DNA of 64,000 bases from Vicugna vicugna (lineage: Eukaryota). The stretch covers positions 372,001-436,000 of the forward strand of contig MU061168.1 of the NCBI GenBank assembly GCA_013265495.1, written 5' to 3'. Below are positions 13,230 through 23,495 of the stretch, piece by piece. The notes below the pieces were generated by a model. That model was not told the DNA's origin and did not search any database. It worked only from the letters and a program-made list of their open reading frames with translations. The number at the start of each line of letters is the position of its first letter. Within the stretch, counting starts at the first letter, position 1. A program made the position numbers and the translations under genes.

Positions 13230-14230
13230 CAGTATGTAAGTCAGTACTAGGTTGGGATGTTATAAGTGACAGACCTACATGGAAGTGGCTAAATTTAGGT
13301 GAACTTAGATACAGTGAGGTTCTCCCTCCCCATATATAAGCTGGTAATCCTTTTTACAGGCTTGCATAAGAGCTGGTTAAAGGGCCACATGCTATACTTC
13401 AGGATTTTAATTGAAAGAAAAAAAGATCATGATGTTAGAGTTTCTATTTCAATACAAGCTGGCTAATCTGAAAGCAGAAAGGGACAGCTACAGAGTCTTG
13501 CTAAGAGACAATGGCCAGCAATCTAAGAGGGCAAAGAGTTAGATATTATCTCCCCAGAGCTAAAGCTACTGTAAGTAAAGGTAATTCGATGGGAAGCACA
13601 GAGGCAATTAAGATTGAGACCTAGAAGAAACCAGGAATGTGAAGTGAGCCTGGGGCTCAGGCCCCTTCCAACACCTCCAAGGTTTCACTTGCTGCTCAAA
13701 AAAATACAATCACCCCTATTGTAAAGAGCCCCAGTGAAGGGCACGTAGGCCTTGCCTCAATCCATTGCCTCAGAGGACAAAATGGAAGCAGGTAAGCCCA
13801 GGGCGAGGAGCACGCACAGAGCTCTTGTACCCGTTGCTAAGAGACAGACACGATAAAAACAGGGTCAAAATCCATAGACCATGACTCCATAAGATCTTTG
13901 GCTTTGGTTAATATCCCTTGAAGCTTCTGGAAAGCCAGCTGACTGGCTGATTGATCCAACTTCAAGTCCTGAATATAAAGATCTGTGATTGCTCGGTCCC
14001 TAAGATCAGCTCCGATGTCCTAGACTCCCTATGACAGGAAGTGAACTATGAAAATTAATATAGCTCCTAGAAAAGAAATACATCCCCCTGTCTATCTTAC
14101 ACATGGTTGTGGAGAACAATAGACAAGGGAAGTGTTTTCAAAGCAGATGAAGGACAGCCATTTAGACCCAGCTGGGAACTCCTTCCATGATCACTTTGGG
14201 GTGTCCTTGGAGTGTTTCACCCGGGAGGGT
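13230..14230. mobile_element. Possible MaLR internal or LTR-derived sequence
   Basis: Adjacent to the MLT1 LTR and compositionally MaLR-like; no diagnostic motif verified. Confidence 0.3.
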
Positions 14231-14659
14231 ATTATACATGATATTCACTAGTGCCCACAGCATTAGTTCCCCGTTGCTTAGTCTTTTCCCCAAAGAGGTA
14301 TCTTATTATGACTATATTCTTTTGCCCCCACCACTTCCTTTCTGGTACGCTGGGAGTGATTAAAGGTATGATTTGATCTTGGTTTGCGTTTGAAGAGGCA
14401 ACAGACAACAGAGGCAATGAGGTGGAGGGTGGACAGGACTGATATGTAAATGGAGCATCAATGGACTCCGTAATGCACTATTTGTTTAAAAAAAAAAAAG
14501 TCTGTAGGAAAAAACATTTAGGGACAGTTTTTGTTTTCATTGTAAAAAAAAATGTATTGGGTTGCAGGGAGTGTGTATGGTATACTTTTAGTTTGCTACT
14601 GGTTTAAGAGTCAGACCTAGATTTGAATCAAGTCTTTTGCCTTCCCTACCACACAAAGG

Positions 14660-15860
14660 AAACTACTTCTCTTAGATTGATACGTTTTTTCTGTTTATAT
14701 ACTTCTACTTCCTTTGCACAAGTTCATATATAACATATAACATTTATTGACATTTTTAAACTTACATAAATAGTATGCTACATGGATCCTTGAGAAAGCG
14801 TGACTTGCTCACTCATTATCACATTTTAAAAATTTATGCATTTGAGACAGGAGGGAAGGGGGCAGGGCACAACCATTCACGGAATGACAGCAATTAACAC
14901 CAAAAGGGTAGAGATTCAACCCCCAGTAGGCCTTGAGGTTCAAGATGGCAGTAGGTTTGACTTCTAGTAGATCTTGAGTTTCATTATGCATTCATTGTAA
15001 TATATTAGCATGGTGAATAACATGCCCACAGGCACCATGACAGCTCCAAGGCTAATCATAAAGGGTCAAAGAGTGGGCTGTGACCCAATTCCTGGGAATC
15101 CCACCCCCTTCCCCAGGGTAGTTGGTATGGTCTTCCTGCTTGTTGGCATGTGAAGCTAGTGAGCTCATAAAAACTAGTAACACCGCACCTCATGGCCTCC
15201 TCTCACTCTCTCGTCTTCAGAGAAGCCCTGCACTATGGCGTGTGTATCCACTTTTACTTTAACCAACCCTTACACTCATGACCTTTCTCCTGCCTTCTGA
15301 AACAGCTTGCACTCTATGTAGTATGTATCTCTCTAAATAATTCTATCTTTACTCCACTGTGGCTCGCTCTTGAACTCTTTCCTATGCAAAGTCGAAGACC
15401 ACACCTGGCGGGGCACGTCCCAGGGACTCAATGGAGACCTGGGACATGGCCCACCTCTCATCCCACATTCATTTTTCCTGCATCAGATTTAGATACGTTC
15501 ATTCATTTTAATGTCTTGATAGTATTTTAATATATGGATAAATCAGATCACCCTTTACTTATTCATCTCCATTCTGACTTACCATTTGGAGGTTTTCTAT
15601 TATGATTATAATTTGTTTTTACAAACAATAGGGCAGTGAACATCTCTGGGCATATCTTCTTATATACATGTAAGAGAATTTTCTAGAGCTTGCTGGGTGT
15701 AGTGTTTGCCCATCTTCAAATGTACTGGGTCTTGCTAAATTGCTCCGGTGTAGTTTTACCATTTGTCACTCCTGCCAGTAGCGGATAGGAATTCCTGCTT
15801 GTGGTGTCTCCTGACCCTGATGTGTGGTGGTTTGATTCATGAGGTTTGTCTGTTTTTTAT
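14660..15860 (-). mobile_element. L1ME-type 3' fragment interrupted by an LTR
   Basis: aaacaatagggcagtgaacatctctgggcatatc...gagaattttctagag...cactcctgccagtagcgg, antisense of old L1 3' region on both sides of the LTR. Confidence 0.6.
14843..15485 (+). mobile_element. Complete solo ERV1-like LTR (643 bp)
   Basis: tgagacagg...cctgcatca termini, near-TSD CATT/GATT, TATA-like cataaaaa near 15168, U5-like ctcgctcttgaactctttcct. Confidence 0.75.
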
Positions 15861-16729
15861 TGTGAGCCTCTCTTCATCAGGGGGGTTAGGTCTATGGAAT
15901 TCTGTGTGCCCTGGATTGTGAAAGGATTCCTGCTGAGAAGTTTTATATTTGCTTTTACTGTAGCCTGTAGGGTTTCAATGGTCCTTGACCAGGTTTATGA
16001 TAAATTCTCAGCTTGGGCGTCCCACGTCAGACAGGTCGTGTAAATTTGGATTGCAAACCTCTATGTAGTTCAGGCTTAGGGATTAGGTTTCTCAAATTTT
16101 TTTCTTTCTTTCTGGATAAGTCTCTGGACAAATGACAGGCTTCCATGTGCTTCCCTTTGTCAAAAGGTCCAATTTTCCAGTCCAAATTTTATAAGCAGGG
16201 GAGCTCTTTGATTTTTCAGGCTTTACACAGGGTTTCTCCTCCCTCCATTACCTGTGGTCTGCAAGCCACATGACTGATTCTCATGTAGACACTCCAGGGC
16301 CAAGTCCAGTTTTCATGTGAAACCCAAATCCCCATGAGACCCCAGGCATGGACTCCTCTTACCCCCCACTCACAAAAGCTTTCATTTCCTTTCCTCTCCT
16401 CCTACATCTGAGACAGTTTTCTTCCTTTCAACTTCAGCAATGCGATTTCACCAAAATTTTGTTGTTTTTTTTTTTTCAATCCAGCATTTCTATGAATTTG
16501 AATTGTTAAAGTGGGGTGGTCAACTGCATTTCCATATTCTGTCCTGTTACTGAGAGTCCTCTGAAGGGATGAAGGTCACTTCCTATTTTAAAACTCTACA
16601 ATTTTCATTAATCACTTTATAAGAGATGAGAAAAAAAAGCGAGAGAGGTTACGTAGCAAGAGCTAAAGAACCATACGTACCTAGGTATACATGGTGTCTA
16701 GCTCCCATTAATATTCCACCCCCATCGTC

Positions 16730-17090
16730 TGCTGCTTAATCTGACTCTTGGTGTTCAGTCCTTCACTGTAAACCTCCTCTTAGATCAGAAGTTTTCCCAG
16801 GGTAGGCACTTCTTGATTCTTCAGTCTTTGGAACCATAGAGGTGTTGCAGAGGGAAAGCTAAATCTTGGGTTCCGGGCATCCATACCCCCATCAATACAT
16901 AGGCACACTCTGTCAGGAATGGTGAATAGTGAAATGCTTTACTCAGATTCCTCCCCACGGGATCCTACCTTTTCCTGCAACCAGAATTCATCCTATTTCA
17001 GTGAAGCTGCCACAGTTGACTTCCTACTCTGTCCTTGATCATATCAAAATGAAACTCAAAAGCATGGAGTCTGACGTACAGAGATTCTTC
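16730..17090 (-). mobile_element. Degenerate CR1/L3-like LINE endonuclease relic
   Basis: Ordered motifs ESLYVRL (17087-17067), VLMG (16898-16887, same frame), DAR, EVPTLGKLL (from 16812), compared with CR1 ESLWVRI...VLMGDFN...EEPTRG..LL. Confidence 0.4.
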
Positions 17091-17829
17091 TGTGAGGGTT
17101 GAGACTGCTTTCATATCCTGACCCCTTCTTGACCCTCGTTCTGTCTTTGTAACACTTATTCAAAGGCCTGTCATTTCCCATCAAGCTATAAGCCCTTTTA
17201 TGGTAGCATTTACTTCTGTATAACCCATCATACCCATCAGAGCGGCAAATACACGTAAGTACTCAATAAATTACTCTTGGAGATATTATAGTCATTCAGA
17301 CACCACTGGTTGTGGGAATCCACTTCCCAAATCCCCCTCCTATCACCCTGGTTGGCCCACAACCCTTCCTCTCATCATTACCCTCCTATCTTCAGCATCG
17401 CCTGAACTTGAGCTGGGGTAGAGGAGCAAAGATGTTTTAAAGACACCTGCAACAACATGGAGACCACTTGCAAGGTAAGTGAAGCTTATCTTGGCTTCAG
17501 ACTGGAGGAAAGTGGTAAGAAATCTGTGAAGAGATGCTGTTCTCCACCTTTGTGGGAGGAGGAAAAATGAGGGGAGAATTACAGTGAGGATGTGCAGTGG
17601 ACGCACAAATGTGTCTGGTGAGGAATACATGGGCACAGGTGCTTTTAGAATCCAACTTCAAAAAAAAAAAGAACCAACTTCAAACTGTGAATCAGGCACC
17701 TTGAAACATCCATAGATTTTGTTTTGTCTGGTCATCTGACATCGGCAAATAGAACCTCATAAAATAATGCAAAAGTAGAGGTAAGGAGGAGCATATGCTT
17801 GAACAGTATCATTTCAATGATGCAGTAAA

Positions 17830-18175
17830 ATTTTTCCAATTGCAAACAACCTAAATATCAAAACAATCAAGAAATGGTTATGTAAACTGGCACATTTTTT
17901 ACTAGAGGAAACATTATACATTCCTTAAAAACTATGGTTTTAAAGGCCACACAGCACCGTGAAAAATGCTCATCACTGAATGTGAAGTGAAAAAAAGAAA
18001 CTTTGTATGTGCAGTAGGACTGCAACTAGATTTTTTAAGTGGTGTTAAGCAGAAAGACTAGCAGAAAATATACCAACCTGTTAACAGCAACTCTGTTATG
18101 TTATTCGCATTATGGGTGTTTTTATTTTCCTTTTTCCAATTTTTCCAGATTGTGGTTCTATTACCTTTATAATAA
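17830..18175 (+). mobile_element. L1ME-type 3' end fragment
   Basis: aaacaacctaaatatc...gaaaaatgctcat...gaaaatataccaacctgttaacagc...attatgggtgtttttatttt. Confidence 0.65.
18121..18126 (-). terminator. Candidate polyadenylation signal AATAAA
   Basis: First AATAAA I found on the minus strand downstream of the candidate exons; lies inside an old L1 fragment. Confidence 0.3.
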
Positions 18176-18341
18176 GCTACATCACACACAAAAGTTCAAT
18201 TTTTTTTAGTTGGGGAAAGATTCAATCCTAGTGAAGAACAGAAATTTGTTTTTCTGCCCTCATTCACTTCCTTCTTTGTCTCCTTCCTTCCTTTTTTCTT
18301 TCTTTCATGGGACAAGGGGGAACAATTCGAGTTTTAAGAAA

Positions 18342-19525
18342 TCAGAAAGAAGAATATTCTGTTTTACCAATAGTCTGAATTCTTGGAATAACTCTTTTTC
18401 CCTTTTCTGTTACCAAAGGTGGGAAAGGAACCTAGAGAGAAATAGGCACTGAGAGGACCAGAGGCAAGATTGTTCCGGGAGGTGGCCAGTGGGCACAACG
18501 AGTGCAGTGAGGGAGCTGCGGGGAAATGCAGTGACCGAGAGTCCATTTCATGGGTATGCAAGATTTGGGGAAATGAGGGACAAGCATGGGCTAATCAGCT
18601 CTGACCAACTGGGCAAAATACTATTTACAAAACACTAAGGATGCCTTCCTGCTCTATGTAACTCGAATACAAAAAAAGCCCCCACTGAATTTTGCTGGAT
18701 TGTCGTTAAGCAACGCATGCGGATTAAAGGATGAAGCAGGGATTGACTGTTGTCTCTTGTGAGTCTCAGACTTGTGCACACGAACTGTTCCCAGACACTT
18801 GGTTCACTCTTTGGTCATCAGCCGGGTCCTCCACACACCTGGAAACTGATGTCTGCTTAAACACTCCCTGGTGGCGCTTCCCGAACTCAGCCTGGATGCT
18901 TGACAGGCCCACAACTAGCCCATGGTTGGTTTAGAGATTAACTCTTTCCTGTCCTCCTCCTATCAGCCATCCCAACAGCTGTCCTGAACAGCTCCCTGTC
19001 CATGCAGGTTTCCTGGAAGCTCTGCCAGAGAAGAGGCCACATGACCAAGGAAGCCCGTCTATGGCATTCGGGGCTGTGTCTGAGATAGTCAGCCAGAGGT
19101 CACTGCCTGGTCGCAAGATGGTAGAACCTTTGGGACTGGCCAGAGCAGGGGGATCATCACAGTGAAGTCTGGCAGTCCTTGTCCGGGGTGGTGACCAGGA
19201 AGTGCAGAGCCGGAGACTGGCATGGAAGGGGTTACCATGGCAGAGCTCTTGATGCTTGGGGTTATAGGTGCCTAGAAAAGCCTGGAGCAGAAGCTTCTCT
19301 GACAGCAGTCAGGGGCCTCTGCTACCTCTAAATTAATGCTTTCCAGCCCTCAACTCTCAGTCTCATTCATCTGATTTTGGTTTGGAGTTTTGGTTTTTGC
19401 ATTTAAACAGTATGTATAAACACATATACAATGGCTTTGTAATGGAGCCACTTTTCTTGGGTGAATAAGATAAACTTGACAGAAAGCTTAACTCTCCAAC
19501 TCTTGGCACTCACCATCTTTGCCAT
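18342..19525 (-). CDS. Hypothetical spliced 45-aa micropeptide MAKM|APITPSIKSSAM|VPFPPLVTEKGKRVIPRIQTIGKTEYSSF
   Basis: Join of 19525-19514, 19271-19236 and 18431-18342, all phase 0; strong Kozak aggATGG; two upstream ORFs precede it; no homolog recognised. Confidence 0.15.
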
Positions 19526-19886
19526 CCTTGCCTCCTCTTCACAATGCTGGTTGATCTGTGCTCCCAATCAGCATGGACACCTCTAGGTGGAGCACGATCA
19601 CGTACGGGGTATCTACCAAGATAGCTCCCATGAGGGCTGGTTCTTTCTGGGGTAGTCCATACTGTGAGCCAGCATAGAAAAGGCAAGAAGAACCCTCATC
19701 CCAGAGTCATGAGTGACAAAAACTACAGGTGTCTGAACGTGTGTTGTGATTCAGGATCTCACTGAGGGCCCAGTGATCCTCCATCCTAGATCCCACCCCG
19801 AAGGGTCAAGAGATCTCTGGCTCCATTTTACTCACCTCCGTCTGATCAGGACGAGATGATGCCTTAGGACTGCTCTTTACTTTCTT

Positions 19887-19967
19887 TAACGTCTCCTTTC
19901 TGAACCCTTTTTATATCCGTAGATTTTCCTCCCTCCCCTTTCCAGGTATGGGATCGTCCATCAAAGG
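19887..19967 (-). promoter_or_regulatory. Candidate core promoter: TATA box, purine-rich GGAAA/GGGAGG box and TCF/LEF site
   Basis: Minus strand reads CCTTTGATG(19967-19959)...TGGAAAGGGGAGGGAGGAAAATCTACGGATATAAAAAGG; pyrimidine-A start candidate 28 nt after the TATA. Confidence 0.55.
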
Positions 19968-20076
19968 CAGCCACCAAGAAACCATGTACACTGGCAGTGT
20001 ATACTTTGGTGGGAACTATTCTAGTGGTGTTTCTCAAACAGGACATTTAAAAAATATCCATAAGTATCCCTCGGAA

Positions 20077-21034
20077 TTATCTCAGATGGAGCACAGAAAA
20101 CAACAATAGTTACCTGCTTTTTAATATCAGGTAGACATACTAAAATAAAATACAATAAATAAAATACATACTAAATAAATAAAATAAAGCAACATAAACT
20201 AGTGATTTTATCACTAAGATAGGTAGTTAAAATAATTCAAAGAAAATTCTTATTAAGTCATAATATGGTAGTACTCTAGTATTAACAAAAATCATATAAA
20301 AAGCAGGACTTGATAACTGAAATTTGGGAAACCCTCTGTGGATTACCTCCTTTAAGTAACCACACGTTAAGCCTAAACCTGGCTGGGAATGAAAGGATTT
20401 GTCCCTATTTAATTCCCATCAAGCAGGCTGGGGAGGCGATCTTAGGGGAGAGTGGCCTTCTGGCCCTGCTGATTCGTGCCCACGGACCGAATCCCTCGCT
20501 GCTGAGATGTTAAGTCTAGCCTTATTTCAGCAGCACAATGATTGGGAGCGCTGCCAAGAACACAACAGACTATCCTGCAGCTGTTATCTCGTTTGTATGA
20601 GTGATATGAAGAACGCAGCACAATTTAATATGCCATCTAATACTTTTATTCTTATCTCATCAGTAGGGCAGGTAGTAGCATACATGTTTGAAAGCCATTG
20701 CAGATGGGTATGGGGGAGGACCCCAAGAAATGATGTTAGCTGCTATCTGAGCTGAGTGAAACGATCTGAGCACAGATATAATTTTATAAAGGCAATCTCA
20801 CTTGTATCTTCACCAGTAAGATCTTAATCACACCAGGTAACGGGGGTGGATATCGCCTCTCCTGGTTATCTGGGGGTGGGATGACAGTATTGTCATCCCT
20901 GGGAGAATGGTTATCTGTTATTTCATTTGTAAGAGACCAACAAGAACGTTATCAGGGCATTTGTAACCAAATGGGTGCCGCTCAGAGTGATAAAAGAGGG
21001 AGGAGGCGGCTCATCTCCAAGGAGGTGGAGATAA
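20077..21034. promoter_or_regulatory. Homotypic GATA (WGATAR) motif cluster, candidate enhancer
   Basis: 12 sites at 20077, 20208, 20217, 20311, 20584, 20652, 20743, 20866, 20911, 20949, 20988, 21029, in sequence I could not assign to a repeat. Confidence 0.55.
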
Positions 21035-22619
21035 TGCCAACTTGCACAGGGCGGAGATGGATGGTATTGTAGAATTGGTTTCAAATATTGGGAACCGACT
21101 AAGAATCTCTTGCAGAAGCTCAAATTTTGGCTCAGGAGGAGAGAGAAATAAATAAGAGGACCTGGGTGAAGAAAGGGAGCCTGGATGAGAGAGTGATCAT
21201 CTCAATTCCTTCGACCTTAAGAGAAATCTGGATAAACAAATCTTTCACGACTCTCTGTATTTGAAGATGAACCACAGGAACCTTCAAACCACTGAGGGAC
21301 ACAGATAATATTTTTTTCTTTCTTACATTCTCAGTCTTATTTATCTTTTCTGATTTTCTGTCTTTTTTAAACAACAAAGATCTCAAATACGCTTTCAACA
21401 AATGAAACTGTTAAGGTGTTAACAACAACAACTACAAAAATAAGGGCACAAATTCTTCAAAGTAAAAGCGAGAGAGGAGAAAGAGCCTCACTGCTGTAAT
21501 GCTGAACATTAGCCCCCAAATAGTCCATATCTATAATTTATAAGAACATCAAAGTCAGGTTAAAGAGCCGAAACTCTCTAGTGGCGTTTCTGTTAGCTCT
21601 AACTGCCTTTGACTTCTGACCACTTTTTCCTGTGGTTGGGAAAATCTTTTTAATTTTTAACCCCCATGAAGACTGCAGTCTAACATGTTAATGCTCTAGT
21701 CCACTTTCTCTTTCCCTCTCTCTCTCTCTGTTGGAGGACAGAAGGAACAAAAACTGCCCACCGAACTGAGAAGGCATCTTGAGATGGAAGAAAAAGCATG
21801 CAACCCCATCTGATCAATGTATCAATTTATTATAGGGCAACATACTCACAGGGTGGGATGGGATTGGGTGGACAGCAACCCAGAAGCATTCACAGCTGCA
21901 CTCCATACTGCCGAGGGGCCACTGGCACAATTTCATAGTTAACCTAGGGCATGAGATCAGGTGCTTGGAAACAGAATGCGCTCTCTTAAGTCAAGATTCA
22001 TGAATGGGTAACTAGCCTTGTGGGTGCCAGAAATACATCAGGGAAGGTTTTCATCTTTGTTTGGGGACCAACAGAGCAGAGGGGCTCCCTGGTCCTAATG
22101 ATTATTAAACATCTTTTAACTACAAAGCCCTTGATGATGGAGGAATGATTCACTGTACAGCACTGTTACAGGGAGGATCAGAGGAAGAGCAGGAGAAACT
22201 CTAAGGGCCCAACATGGTGTCAGTTATGCTAAGGGCTGTTCATTCTCTATCTCTCTCTCTCTTTTTGTTTTTGTTTTTTGAACCTCACTTCAACTCGGTG
22301 ACATTATTCATCTTGAAGGTATTGCTTGTAATGCTTTCAAACAAAACAGAAATGTGTGACAATGACAATTATTAGTCTCCCGTCTTCAGATTCACCCCTT
22401 GAAGTCATCAAGCTCAGTAGTTTGAGATGTTTGTTTCCACAGCTTTAACTGAGCCTTAACAATATGCACACATTTCTGTCAAACAGCTATATGGGGATCC
22501 TCTCACGGCAATAAATATAAATCCAAGTCAAGCTTTTGAATGGCTTTAAAACATTTCACATGATAGGGATAGTAAGTTACCCACTTATCCCTGAACTGAT
22601 GAACATTCACATTCCCCAA

Positions 22620-23260
22620 GCCCCCTGCCCCTATTTTTTTTATAATCACTGCTTCAGTAGCTACATTTATATATTTCTCCTTATGTATTAGCACTTTGTC
22701 TGCAACAGTGGGATTATTGTATCAAAAAAAGTCTAGTTTTTGTTTTTAAAAATATGTTTAAATTACTTCCCTCATATGTAATAGCTACTCACAGTCCCAC
22801 ACACAGCAGATGAAGAGCTCACTTCCTCACACCTCCCCCCACAAGATTCGGCAATCCTCAGTCGCTTCACGTTTTGCTGATCGGCTGAGTAAAGATGCTC
22901 TCCCGTTCCTTTCATTTGCATTCTCTTAATTTCCTGTGAGGCTGTCCAGCTTCTCAAATGTTTACTTGTCACTTTTTGCTTCCTCAGGGATGACTTGCTT
23001 TGTGCTTCCTTCTAATGGCTGTAAAGCCTTTTTCTTAACATTCTGTAGAGCTCTTGACACTTACCTTTTGTCCATCATATGGGTTGTGGATATTTCCCCC
23101 AATGCTATGTCTTCAGACTTGGTTTATGATATCATTTGGCATAAAAGTTTGAAATTTTTATCTCATCAAACATGTCAATGTTTTCGTCTTTGGATTGTAG
23201 GCTTCCTGGTTTATTTTAGAAGATCTTCCCCACCCCAAGGGTACATACTCTTCTAACATT
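22620..23260 (-). mobile_element. Old L1 ORF2 3'/3'UTR fragment
   Basis: ttcatttgcattctcttaatttcctgtgagg...aaaagtttgaaatttttat...gatcttccccaccccaagg. Confidence 0.65.
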
Positions 23261-23468
23261 TTGTTGGGTTTTTTTTAATTCTTAATTTTACTTTCGTAAA
23301 TCTATAAAACAGAAAAACAAGATATACCTTAACATGATCAACTACTTGACTCTTGGAGACAGGACTTCTTGATATCATACTACCATAATCTGGTCTTTTT
23401 CAGCCCAAATGATCCACCCCTTAAAAAAAATCAGGAATTACCAATAAAAGAATTGAACTAAATAAAGT

Positions 23469-23495
23469 ATGCAATCTTTAATGCAATCTTTAATG
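23469..23495. repeat. 12-bp tandem duplication
   Basis: atgcaatcttta x2 plus atg. Confidence 0.85.

Larger units (their letters stand above)
12200..13230 (+). mobile_element. MLT1 (ERVL-MaLR) LTR split by a young L1 insertion
   Basis: ccaccacatggagagcctgtttgagaacgaagccaa... left of the L1; ttttaagctggtttgaattggttttc 3' end resumes to its right. Confidence 0.65.
18100..19887 (-). ncRNA. Candidate unannotated spliced Pol II transcript: exon1 ~19887-19836, exon2 19661-19514, exon3 from 19271 (optional donor at 19236), optional exon4 from 18431
   Basis: TATAAAA 19915-19909; donors GAG|GTGAGT and ATG|GTGAGT; acceptors ttcttcttgccttttctatgctggctcacag|, ctccaggcttttctag| and cctatttctctctag|; AATAAA 18126-18121. 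Signals only, no expression data. Confidence 0.45.

Noticed and set aside
18931-19116. DLW...AIDGLPWS resembles GALP (DLWKAIDGLPYS)
   Set aside because: It needs a 9-residue insertion, there is no galanin core (GWTLNSAGYLLGP), and the exon layout and genomic context do not fit.
19514-19661. Weak resemblance of VLHLEVSMLIGSTD and NRKGKKS to the motilin precursor
   Set aside because: The mature peptide FVPIFTYGELQ is absent, DNA similarity is poor and the motif order does not match.
19514-19887. S100- or SCPP-like architecture (non-coding exon 1, phase-0 exon 2 of about 49 codons)
   Set aside because: The first-ATG frame has four stops and shows neither an EF-hand nor an SCPP signal peptide.
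19921-20110. Plus-strand acceptor tcctccctcccctttccag| followed by a ~53-codon ORF (MGSSIKGSHQETM...)
   Set aside because: The pyrimidine tract is more simply the complement of the purine-rich promoter box. I saw no convincing donor and no recognisable protein.
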